Assembly: GCA_000165345.1 (NCBI GenBank) | Contig: CM000430.1 | Coordinates: forward strand, 192,001 to 256,000 | Direction: 5' to 3' | DNA: 64,000 nt | Shown: one piece after another, positions 42,796-51,880 of the stretch | Layout of the letters: each line of letters begins with the position of its first letter | How positions within the stretch are numbered: the first letter of the stretch is position 1 | Position numbers and translations under genes: made by a program | The notes under the pieces: generated by a model | What the model was told of the DNA's origin: nothing | The model's database searches: none | What the model saw: the letters and a program-made list of their open reading frames with translations, nothing else

Positions 42796-43220
42796 ATACT
42801 AAGTTCTTAAAAGAAGCAAAATTAGAAGACTATTGCACGAAAGAAGTGTAAAAAATTAATTATTTGCCTTTATAGTTAATAAATTGTTCATGCAGAACCT
42901 TTTACGCGCAATTCTCATTTTTAGAAAATTACAATATTTATTTTTTATCAAATTTTAAATCCAAGTTCTAGAGGTATTATAAAAACATAACTTCTTAAAA
43001 ACTACTATTTAATTAATTATGGTATAATTTTCTCTCTTGCTCAATTCTTATTCACTTTAGAATTCATATATTAATCTCATATCTAATATAGACCATTTTT
43101 TTGGCGGTAACTGGCATTCTTGTATAAGCTGATTTTGTTTTTGCATATTTCCAGTTTAATATTTTTGAGTAAAATAGATATTCTTTTATTTTTGATAAAT
43201 TGAAACTTTTTGGAAATGTT

Positions 43221-44264
43221 ATGCTTGCATGGATAAAATTGATGTTCAGTATTTATATAATATTTTATATAATTTTTTTCTATATTCAAGTAGTCTATAG
43301 TTTATATTCAAATTTGAGTAAAGGAGCAAACAACCACAAGTACTTTATTTTAAATCCTATACAGTATAATGACTTTGTGCTAAACATTATAAAAAACTCA
43401 GAGGAAACTAGCTCAGAAAGCAGTTTTAGAAGATCTGATAATCTAAACCAAATAATTTCAAGCCAAATTAAAAACATTATTTGCAAGGAATCGGATTTAG
43501 TATTCAGCAATACTGAGACGAATGTAGGCCATAGTACAATTTTGAATTTGACTACTAGCGACAGTAAGACTAATGGAAATAGTGATTACTTGCTTCTATT
43601 TGGTGCCGATAGATGTATTTTGGATTCATCTTTTATAGATGGTAAATTTACCAAGATTAATATTCGATTTATCCCAAACTTGGCGAATCCCACAAAAGAA
43701 GTATATCAAGACAAAATTTGTGATTGTGTCTTCAAAAAAGGAAATGCTGATGAAGGCAGCCCTAGCGAATTCCAGGTTAATTGTAATTCTGATTCATCCA
43801 ATGATTCAAATAAAAAGGTACCAGAAGAACATAATTATCTAGAAATAGGAGGGGCAGCAACTTTAAATATTGCTGATTTAGTTAATCTACCTACCCCAAT
43901 TATAGATAAAAATTCTCAGGTAGGTAGGCAAGTTAAGGTTGAAGTTTCTAATAAATCTCCTTTAAAACCTATAATTAAACCAAACCATATCAAGGCTTCA
44001 AAGCCAAAAGTAAATAAGTTTAACTTTTCAAAATACTTTTGGGAAACTAATAGTGGATTTTTTGGTGAAGGACAAGAAGCTATTAAAAAGTCAAATATTG
44101 AATATTGTGAATCTCACAGCCAAAGCAAATCGTGCGAGGATGAAGAAAGATCTAGAATAGAGAGAGAATTTAGAGAAGGTTGTAATAGCAAGGAACATCA
44201 ACTAATATTAGAAACATTATTAATTATAGTCAATAAACTAGTAGAGTATTTAGACAACAAATAG
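43221..44264 (+). CDS. Hypothetical secreted protein (N-terminal signal/anchor, Cys-containing, Ser/Asn-rich)
   Basis: The ORF-track start at 43200 is a TTG; the first ATG is at 43221, followed by the hydrophobic MLAWIKLMFSIYIIFYIIFFYIQVVYSLYS; no C-terminal TM; no recognised domain. Confidence 0.5.
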   Translation: MLAWIKLMFSIYIIFYIIFFYIQVVYSLYSNLSKGANNHKYFILNPIQYNDFVLNIIKNSEETSSESSFRRSDNLNQIISSQIKNIICKESDLVFSNTETNVGHSTILNLTTSDSKTNGNSDYLLLFGADRCILDSSFIDGKFTKINIRFIPNLANPTKEVYQDKICDCVFKKGNADEGSPSEFQVNCNSDSSNDSNKKVPEEHNYLEIGGAATLNIADLVNLPTPIIDKNSQVGRQVKVEVSNKSPLKPIIKPNHIKASKPKVNKFNFSKYFWETNSGFFGEGQEAIKKSNIEYCESHSQSKSCEDEERSRIEREFREGCNSKEHQLILETLLIIVNKLVEYLDNK

Positions 44265-44395
44265 ATGCAGATATATATATTAATCTAGCAGGTCATTTAA
44301 GTCTAGAAACACAAATGACTTGTTGTTAATTAATTAAGTCAAAACAAACTTAATAAAGTACGATTTAGGAATATTAAGTGATAATAAAAGGCTAT

Positions 44396-46552
44396 TTAAG
44401 AATTAGATCTTCTGAACATTTCCAAAAATTCCTGAAAGTCTATCTCACCATCTCCATCTACATCAACCTCTTTAATCATATTCTTCACATCAGAAAGAGC
44501 CTTATCATTGATTCCCGCAGATCCTTGTTCAGAATTATATGAAAACACATTAAGTAATTCATTTGCTGTAATCTTCCCATTACCATCTTGGTCAAATACT
44601 TTAAAAGCCGCCCAACATACTTGTTCCTTTGAGTATTGTTTACTATCTAAAGTAGCTGCGATGAACTCCGTATAATCAATTGAACCACTTCCATCACTAT
44701 CAATATCATTTAGAATTGCAAGCAAGTCTGAGGGGAGCTCAGTAATCCCGCTATTCTTCAGTCCTGTAATGATTTCTTGTGGAGTTAGAGTTCCATCACA
44801 ATTAGCATCCAAAAGAATAAAGGCTTCCTTTAAATTACTAATTTGGCTCTCTGTCATCTGCTGAGCTATGACAGTAAGGGCAACCTTCATAAAACGATTG
44901 TATTTGTGGAATGCTCTGAAATTAGATAGCAGATTCAGGCCTGAAGAAGATGAAATAGATCTTCTCTTTGACCTACAGTACCTAAGTCCTCCCTTAATAT
45001 AGCCATTTCTTCTCGAACCCATTAAATTGCAATTTCTGGGCTTTTGTTGGCATTCCAAGGCTTTTAGGTTATTAATACTTGAATCAATATAGTCGCTAGA
45101 CACTATGCCTGTTTTCATAAAGCCATCATTGGAGTAGAAATAGTTTCTAGGAGACAGGAAGAGAATGTCATCTGCAAATCTAGTAATCCAGGGATGGTTT
45201 AGTGCATCTCTAGCTGTAATCCTCTCAGACGGATTATAAGTAAGTAATTTTCTGATCAAATCAATAGCAAGAAATGAAACATGCTTCCAGTCCTCCTCTT
45301 TAAAGGCATATACTCCCTTTTGAACTTTATGAAGTATTATACTATCATTACTACCATGAAAAGGTGGATATCCACAAAGTAGAATGTATAGGATAACTCC
45401 TAAGCTCCACATATCACATTGTTTGTCATATTTACCTTGCAATACTTCAGGAGCAACATAATACGGGGTTCCTGCTCGAGTATTTAAAGAGGTATCTTCA
45501 TTGTTAACTCTCGCGGCTAACCCAAAGTCAATAATTTTAAGTGGAGCATTGTAATTCTTATTGAGAAAGAGGAAGTTCTCTGGCTTCAAATCACGGTGAA
45601 CAATCCCATGATCATGACAATAACAAATTGTAGATAAAACCTGCTTCATTAGGTTGGCTGCATAAATCTCATCAAAACTCCCTTGACTAATAATTCTATC
45701 GAAAAGCTCCCCTCCACTACAAAGCTCCATGACTAAATATATATTTTCTTTATCTTGATATGTCTCATAGAGCTTTACTATATTTGGATGATCCAAATTC
45801 TTCAAAATGTTAATTTCCTTCATAAAGTTATCTAACGCTTCCACTCTAGTCAGTGGAATCGTCTTAATTGCTCTGATACAGCCTGTCAATCGGTTAGTAC
45901 CACTTTTAACCGAACCATAAGTTCCTTTTCCTATCCTTCCAGAATCAATAATATAATCTGAGTGTATTGACCCTTTGCATGCAGGAATTAAGCCTTCACG
46001 CCTAAACTTGCCTTCTGTCAAAGATAATTTAGGGCCACTACCTTTTTCAGATTCTGTTGGAGTTGCAGAATTCGAATTTGAGGTGTTTGTTGCTGATACA
46101 TCCGTTATACCCATTACTGTTGTACTTGGTGAAAGTTTAGGGATTGACTCATATTCACTTAAGCTTTCGAAACGGCTTTCATTAGACAACGCCATTTCAG
46201 ATGTTAATTCAATTAAATCACAAATCTCATATTGTTCAAAATAATTATCGTTACCATTTCTATAAGCCAAAGGAGAAGTCGGATCTGAGGTTGAACATGA
46301 TGCTTGACTTTTTCTTTCCTTTGCTAAATACCTGTCTGGCGAATTTCCTACAATATTACCATGGTTAATTAAGCGGTCTACAGCTTCTTTTAAATATTCT
46401 GGCTTTCCATGAGTCATGTTATGTGCTGGGAAATTTCCTCTCTTATTACTTTGTTTTCTTCTAACCTCTTTATTCTTGTTTATTTCTATGGAGTCCTTTT
46501 CATATCTTCTTGAACAAACTCCATTTAATGCGTTTTGGCCCTGTCCCATCAT
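44396..46552 (-). CDS. CDPK: Calcium-dependent protein kinase (CDPK): Ser/Thr kinase domain fused to a calmodulin-like domain with four EF hands, plus a ~225 aa low-complexity N-terminal extension
   Basis: Kinase motifs GKGTYGSV, AIK, HRDLKPEN, DFG, APE; junction region; EF hands DANCDGTLT, DIDSDGSGSIDYTEF, DQDGNGKITANEL, DVDGDGEIDFQEF. The N-terminus MMGQGQ... gives a possible Gly2 myristoylation site if initiation is at the second Met. Confidence 0.92.
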   Translation of the reverse strand: MMGQGQNALNGVCSRRYEKDSIEINKNKEVRRKQSNKRGNFPAHNMTHGKPEYLKEAVDRLINHGNIVGNSPDRYLAKERKSQASCSTSDPTSPLAYRNGNDNYFEQYEICDLIELTSEMALSNESRFESLSEYESIPKLSPSTTVMGITDVSATNTSNSNSATPTESEKGSGPKLSLTEGKFRREGLIPACKGSIHSDYIIDSGRIGKGTYGSVKSGTNRLTGCIRAIKTIPLTRVEALDNFMKEINILKNLDHPNIVKLYETYQDKENIYLVMELCSGGELFDRIISQGSFDEIYAANLMKQVLSTICYCHDHGIVHRDLKPENFLFLNKNYNAPLKIIDFGLAARVNNEDTSLNTRAGTPYYVAPEVLQGKYDKQCDMWSLGVILYILLCGYPPFHGSNDSIILHKVQKGVYAFKEEDWKHVSFLAIDLIRKLLTYNPSERITARDALNHPWITRFADDILFLSPRNYFYSNDGFMKTGIVSSDYIDSSINNLKALECQQKPRNCNLMGSRRNGYIKGGLRYCRSKRRSISSSSGLNLLSNFRAFHKYNRFMKVALTVIAQQMTESQISNLKEAFILLDANCDGTLTPQEIITGLKNSGITELPSDLLAILNDIDSDGSGSIDYTEFIAATLDSKQYSKEQVCWAAFKVFDQDGNGKITANELLNVFSYNSEQGSAGINDKALSDVKNMIKEVDVDGDGEIDFQEFLEMFRRSNS

Positions 46553-47640
46553 CTCCTTTTCAGAAAAAGCATTTCCTTCCTAAACTTTTACTTTTTTCCT
46601 ATTCAGAATATGTTGTAATTATTTCTATTAATTAATTCCAAATTATTAATTCATATGTCTATCAAACCATTAGCCTCGATGTTTATTCCTTATATGTTTT
46701 ATTATGATTTGAAGAAAATCAAGAATTAGTTTAGAATCACTTTGGGTATTCAACTTAATTTAATTTTTGAGAAAATAAGCTGAATTATATTTGGTTTATT
46801 AATCCTTGTGAACTAATTTGGCTCTTTACATTCATAAATGTTATTTGCCAGATTTACTTCAAGCTTATAAGGGATTATAACCACATTATATAATGAAAGT
46901 TTGCAATACTAATGTTCTAAAGTTTGCATTAATTATTACCTTTCTTTATCTTTTCGCTGATTTTTAATCTATTATTCACGCACGCTAATTTGCTTTGGCT
47001 ATTATTTTTAACTTATTTAACTTGTTATAATAATTATTTAAATAATTGGTTTTAACCGCCTAAACTTTTGTTTTCCATTAGCCATATTACTTATCAATCC
47101 ATTTGTAAAAATGTTAGCGCTCTGAAGAATTCAATTTTGATACTTTAATTATATTGCAAGAAAAATTAGAATTATTAAATAAAAATGTTTTTCTATTAGT
47201 ATAAAAAAAGCTAAAATAATTAGTTATATCTGCTTTATTTCTGAGAAATTCTATTTACAACAGGATGTTAGAGAAGAAAATGTGATTTAAAAGAATGAAT
47301 CTATATATACACACACAAAGATATTCTCGTTAATAAAGCTCAACATAGTTATTTTTAAAAGTCAAATACCTGTACTATCCACTGCATTGCTGTTTCTTTT
47401 TTCCATGAATTCATTCATTAAATTCATTTCCCTTTGCTTGTTTACCCCTTTATTTATTAAAACACTTTTAAAGGCGCCATATGTATCATGTCTATTCTGT
47501 CTCGAAAAATAAATAGCAAATTCATAACTTGAATAGCAATAAATATTGAAAAAATTAGTGTTATAGAGACGTGGGTCAGAGCAAGTCATTTTGGGAAGAA
47601 TTCGTTTATTTATTTGACAAATTAATCCTAACATTTAAAT

Positions 47641-47961
47641 ATGCCACCAAAGGGTGAAAAGAAGACTAAGGAGCAAATTGCAGCAGCAGCAGCAGCAGGA
47701 GGTAGAGCAAAGCGCAAGAAGTGGTCAAAGGGTAAGCAAAAGGATAAGGCAAACCACTCCGTCTTGTTCGACAAGAAGACTGCAGACCGTTTCCATAGTG
47801 ATGTTTTGAAGTCAAGACTTTTGACCCCAGCTGTCGTTGTTAACCAATTAAAGGTTAATGCCAGCGCTGCTAGAGCCATGTTACGTGACTGTGAATCAAA
47901 GGGAATTATCAAGCCAGTTGGAGAACAGACTCACGGACAAATGATATATACAAAGGCATAA
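47641..47961 (+). CDS. RPS25: 40S ribosomal protein S25 (eS25)
   Basis: MPPKGEKKTKEQ...KKWSKGKQKDKANHSVLFDKKTADRF...KLLTPAVVVNQLKVNASAARAML is the eS25 signature. Confidence 0.93.
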   Translation: MPPKGEKKTKEQIAAAAAAGGRAKRKKWSKGKQKDKANHSVLFDKKTADRFHSDVLKSRLLTPAVVVNQLKVNASAARAMLRDCESKGIIKPVGEQTHGQMIYTKA

Positions 47962-48156
47962 ATGGAATATTATTGTAAATTTACGTAGTTGATTACTTAC
48001 CATTTATTAAATGTCTGAGTAGTCGAATAGGTTTAAATAAAGTAATTCATTATTTAGTATATTAAATAGTATTCATCTCTGCTAAATGGTCTTATTTGTA
48101 TCTATGTATTTATAAATATTTATGCATAAATTTAATTATTTGCTCTCTAAATTGCA

Positions 48157-49911
48157 TTAAACTACGAGACAGCTATTTTCTATTAAATTATTTAGTAGGT
48201 CTATAGGAGTCTTATTGCGTTGAAGATCGATATTACTCTCACTAGTAGAGAGAGTGCGAATAAACTCTATGTTAAGACTTTGTGAAAACAGTATTATTAT
48301 TTCGTCTAGGAGTCTCTTTGCTCTCTTAAAATCATCAATATAGTCAAAGGTCAATGATTCTTGATATTCTTGTTTCGAAAGTAAGCAATAGGCGACTTGT
48401 AAATTGCTGAATATATGTCTAACTAGAGGCAAGAAAAACGAAATATCAGTAGTATTTAATAATAAATAAAGTATTTTAAGACCACAAAATATCATATAAT
48501 ATCCATTAATTAATTTCCCTTCAAAAAAGCCAACTTTAGATATATTTTTCGGTACAATAGAATCTGTCTCAATTTTAATTGAGTCGTCACATGTATTGAA
48601 TTCATGATTAGTACACAAAAATGACAATTTAGCCCAATTAATTATATTAATTTCTAGTGATGCTTTAATTAATAAATAATATTTTTCATTTGACTCATTT
48701 TTAGAAAACAATAAGGGATTAAAATAGTTGGCGATTAAAGCACAAAAAGAGCTTAAATAATTTATTTCTTGTTTTTCGCTTGAATAATATTTTAATTCTA
48801 TGCTATTTATAATAATAAAAATTCGATTGAACATGTAATCCATCATACTTTGCATCCTATTAAAATACGCATCATCAATCATTTGTTCAATATCTTTAGG
48901 TAAATAACTCAACTCAAGAGTCATTAAATTTTGAATATCTGTAAACATTTCCATATATATTTGAAAGTAATTCCAATATTCTACATCATCTATGCAGCCT
49001 ACCAAATTATAAGGAAATTGGTTACGTATTATTTCATATAATTCAAATTGTAAAAATAAAATAGTCCCACATCTATTATTCTCTTTATTATATGTTTGAA
49101 TAATTTTAAGTGTTTCAGTAAATTTGATAGCAATTAATAGAATACTCTTTTCATATGCACTAGAATATTCATATGTTCCATTGTTAATTTCAGAGTCGTT
49201 AATTTTATTATTCATCAAAAAAAGAGTCTTTATCATTCCAATGATTTTAGAAAATAATATGACTTCCCAAGACCTTTCAATATTCATTACAGTTTCTGCT
49301 TCAAATTGATTTAAATGAATTTTATTTACCATTATTTCAGACTTTCTCTTATATATTTCGTACATTCTAATATAACGGTTCTGAACTAATTCTTCGAGAG
49401 TCTCTCTAGAAACTGAATTAGTATCCTGCAGTAAATAGATATTATTAGAGTTAAATTTAGAAATAGCATGTTCAATTAAGCTTGCAATAGAGTTAAAGTT
49501 GCGAATCGATTCATTCTCAATCAAGTTTGGCTCATATTTGCCACTCACAGCATTCCTATATAAAGTGCAATATTCACCAGTATTATCAGATATCATAAAT
49601 TCACTGTCGATAATCTCAAACATCACAAATAAATCAGAAATGTCAAGCTCTGGTTGAGCTGTCAATTCTAATTCAAAGCTCGTAATAAAAGTATTTGCAA
49701 GCCTCTTGAACGAGTTATAAAGTATTTCAGAAATCTCATCATCGCATAGGTAGTCATATAAATATCCACATACTCTCTTTTTCAAATTTTCATATATTTT
49801 TTCAGAGTTTTCATTTAATGAAAAGTTATCAGAATTGAATGATTTTGCGTTAAATTCTGGCCACTTATTGATATACTTTCTAAGAAAATCCAATAGTTGA
49901 ATACAACTCAT
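48157..49911 (-). CDS. Hypothetical alpha-helical protein (584 aa), no recognisable domain
   Basis: ATG confirmed at 49909-49911; long uninterrupted ORF, AT-biased but not simple-repeat. Confidence 0.5.
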   Translation of the reverse strand: MSCIQLLDFLRKYINKWPEFNAKSFNSDNFSLNENSEKIYENLKKRVCGYLYDYLCDDEISEILYNSFKRLANTFITSFELELTAQPELDISDLFVMFEIIDSEFMISDNTGEYCTLYRNAVSGKYEPNLIENESIRNFNSIASLIEHAISKFNSNNIYLLQDTNSVSRETLEELVQNRYIRMYEIYKRKSEIMVNKIHLNQFEAETVMNIERSWEVILFSKIIGMIKTLFLMNNKINDSEINNGTYEYSSAYEKSILLIAIKFTETLKIIQTYNKENNRCGTILFLQFELYEIIRNQFPYNLVGCIDDVEYWNYFQIYMEMFTDIQNLMTLELSYLPKDIEQMIDDAYFNRMQSMMDYMFNRIFIIINSIELKYYSSEKQEINYLSSFCALIANYFNPLLFSKNESNEKYYLLIKASLEINIINWAKLSFLCTNHEFNTCDDSIKIETDSIVPKNISKVGFFEGKLINGYYMIFCGLKILYLLLNTTDISFFLPLVRHIFSNLQVAYCLLSKQEYQESLTFDYIDDFKRAKRLLDEIIILFSQSLNIEFIRTLSTSESNIDLQRNKTPIDLLNNLIENSCLVV

Positions 49912-50050
49912 CGCAAATTACATACTTTTGGCCACAATATTTCTCTAATTAGTCAATTTATTTGTTCATTGACAGAAAAAAGTTTGGGCGGGAATATTTG
50001 AATTTGTCAACGATCAAAATGACATGAAATTACATTAAATTTAAAAAAAA

Positions 50051-51568
50051 TTAATGATAAATATTATGAGTTACATTTGTTAAGTTAGCAATATACCCAG
50101 ATATATTTTCCAGTGGAATCTGTGGTATTCCTTCAATTTTATTTAAGTCTATTTGATCAATCTGTCCTTTAGAAAGAGCCCACAAATAATAATATAATAA
50201 AACTGCAATAGGCTGTCCACAGAAACAAAATGTAATCCAAAACAAAACATTGCCAAGAGTCTCTCTTTTTTGAATATAGCTTGATTGGGTCCAAGATGAG
50301 AGTGGGACTTGGAAAACAAAGGCAAGCACGACCCACCCTGTCCATCCGATATCTAATGGCACAACTACCAAATATTCATGAATTAAAGCAGAAAATGTGA
50401 ATACAAGTAAGCCTGAAAAAGAACTACTGAATCCCTTCTTTCTTAATGGCTTGAAAATATGTCTTGTGAGGAAGAAATGAACAGGGAGGTTCCATTTTCT
50501 CCAATACTCTCCAAAATTTCCAGCATTCCACCAGTCAAGATAAAATGCTCTGTCTGCAAAACATGTAATTTCTCCAAGTATATTAAGATAATGGTGAAAT
50601 AGTGAAACAAATCCCAATAACCACACATAAAGAGATGGAATTGAGAGCTTCATAATTCTAGTAGCCATATGGCCTAAAAATTGGAAAATATTCATACTTT
50701 GAATCTCCTTTAATGTAAAAGTGTAGTGCGCAGTCACCATAACATATTGTTCAGTTATTATTTTGATGAGAATAATACATGTAATTAGTTCAATTGTATG
50801 TTTAATCACCTGCAACCACCTTATTCCACCAGTTCTTGGATACCAGAATTGAAAACACATAGTTGGTGCCATTAGAAACCAATAATGATATCTTAATGAT
50901 AGACTTGTTGGATATTTACTCGCAATTTCAGCTTCTGGAGAGGTTCCGCAAACTTCATGGAAGTCTTCATTATTTAATATGCATCTTCTGACATCGTGGC
51001 AAACATGATGAAATGATAAAGTTTTGAAAAACCAAACAAATGAAAAGCTGAGTAAAATTAAAGAAGAGAGAGGATTTGGTGAGTAAAATTTAACGGTTTT
51101 ATATGGAATATAAAGCATCATTAGCATATTAATCATAATTAACACCAGAGATAACCCCCCCGTTATTTTAGGTAAACTAGAATGTGCAAAACCACAATTA
51201 GCCTGATTTGAGTTACTATTTGGCTCGCAGTCATAAATATTGAGTAAAAATATTTTTAAAGAAGCAAGATACTTCTCGAGCAGATAGGAAACAAATACCA
51301 AAGCCAGTAGTTGACAAATACACCATAGAATTGGCCAGTTTTGAATTAAGTCTGTAATTCCCTTGGGAAACGAAACTTTACAGCCATACTTCATTGCATT
51401 TTCCAGTACAACACCCATATTTGTGAACACAAGAATTAATATAAACAGATTAAAAAATCCTTTTAGATTTAGGTCTGCTGAGTTTTTACTTAGAATTGTT
51501 GTGCTCGCCATTTTATGGGGAATATCAAATAACGGTCGACCCCTATAATCTACACCTGAGTTCTTCAT
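50051..51568 (-). CDS. MBOAT-family O-acyltransferase, DGAT1/sterol O-acyltransferase (ACAT) type
   Basis: Signature FYLDWWNAGNFGEYWRKWNLPVHFFLTRHIF (DGAT1/ACAT FYxDWWN...WNxPVH...RH); multi-TM profile. The ORF-track start at 51589 is a TTG; the first ATG is at 51568. Confidence 0.85.
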   Translation of the reverse strand: MKNSGVDYRGRPLFDIPHKMASTTILSKNSADLNLKGFFNLFILILVFTNMGVVLENAMKYGCKVSFPKGITDLIQNWPILWCICQLLALVFVSYLLEKYLASLKIFLLNIYDCEPNSNSNQANCGFAHSSLPKITGGLSLVLIMINMLMMLYIPYKTVKFYSPNPLSSLILLSFSFVWFFKTLSFHHVCHDVRRCILNNEDFHEVCGTSPEAEIASKYPTSLSLRYHYWFLMAPTMCFQFWYPRTGGIRWLQVIKHTIELITCIILIKIITEQYVMVTAHYTFTLKEIQSMNIFQFLGHMATRIMKLSIPSLYVWLLGFVSLFHHYLNILGEITCFADRAFYLDWWNAGNFGEYWRKWNLPVHFFLTRHIFKPLRKKGFSSSFSGLLVFTFSALIHEYLVVVPLDIGWTGWVVLAFVFQVPLSSWTQSSYIQKRETLGNVLFWITFCFCGQPIAVLLYYYLWALSKGQIDQIDLNKIEGIPQIPLENISGYIANLTNVTHNIYH

Positions 51569-51880
51569 TTTCACAAAATCACAAATCAACAGAAAGAATT
51601 ATTTAATATACATAAATCTATATAAATATCTAAATTATTTTTTACTTGGCTATTTGCATTATTAATTCATCCTTTTTTTGTCCTCACACAGTGTAGCGCA
51701 TTGGCGCCTAAATTTTGCACAGTCTTAATAAGTCCATAAGAAAAATTAGTGAGATGGGAGTGGAAATAAAAGGAAAAATCAAACTTATAATTAAAAGATT
51801 TTCGTGGTAGCTTGTTAGCGATGTTAGTGACTGTTACTTCAATGGAGGGAGTTGGAGACTTAATTATTCTGAACTAACCC

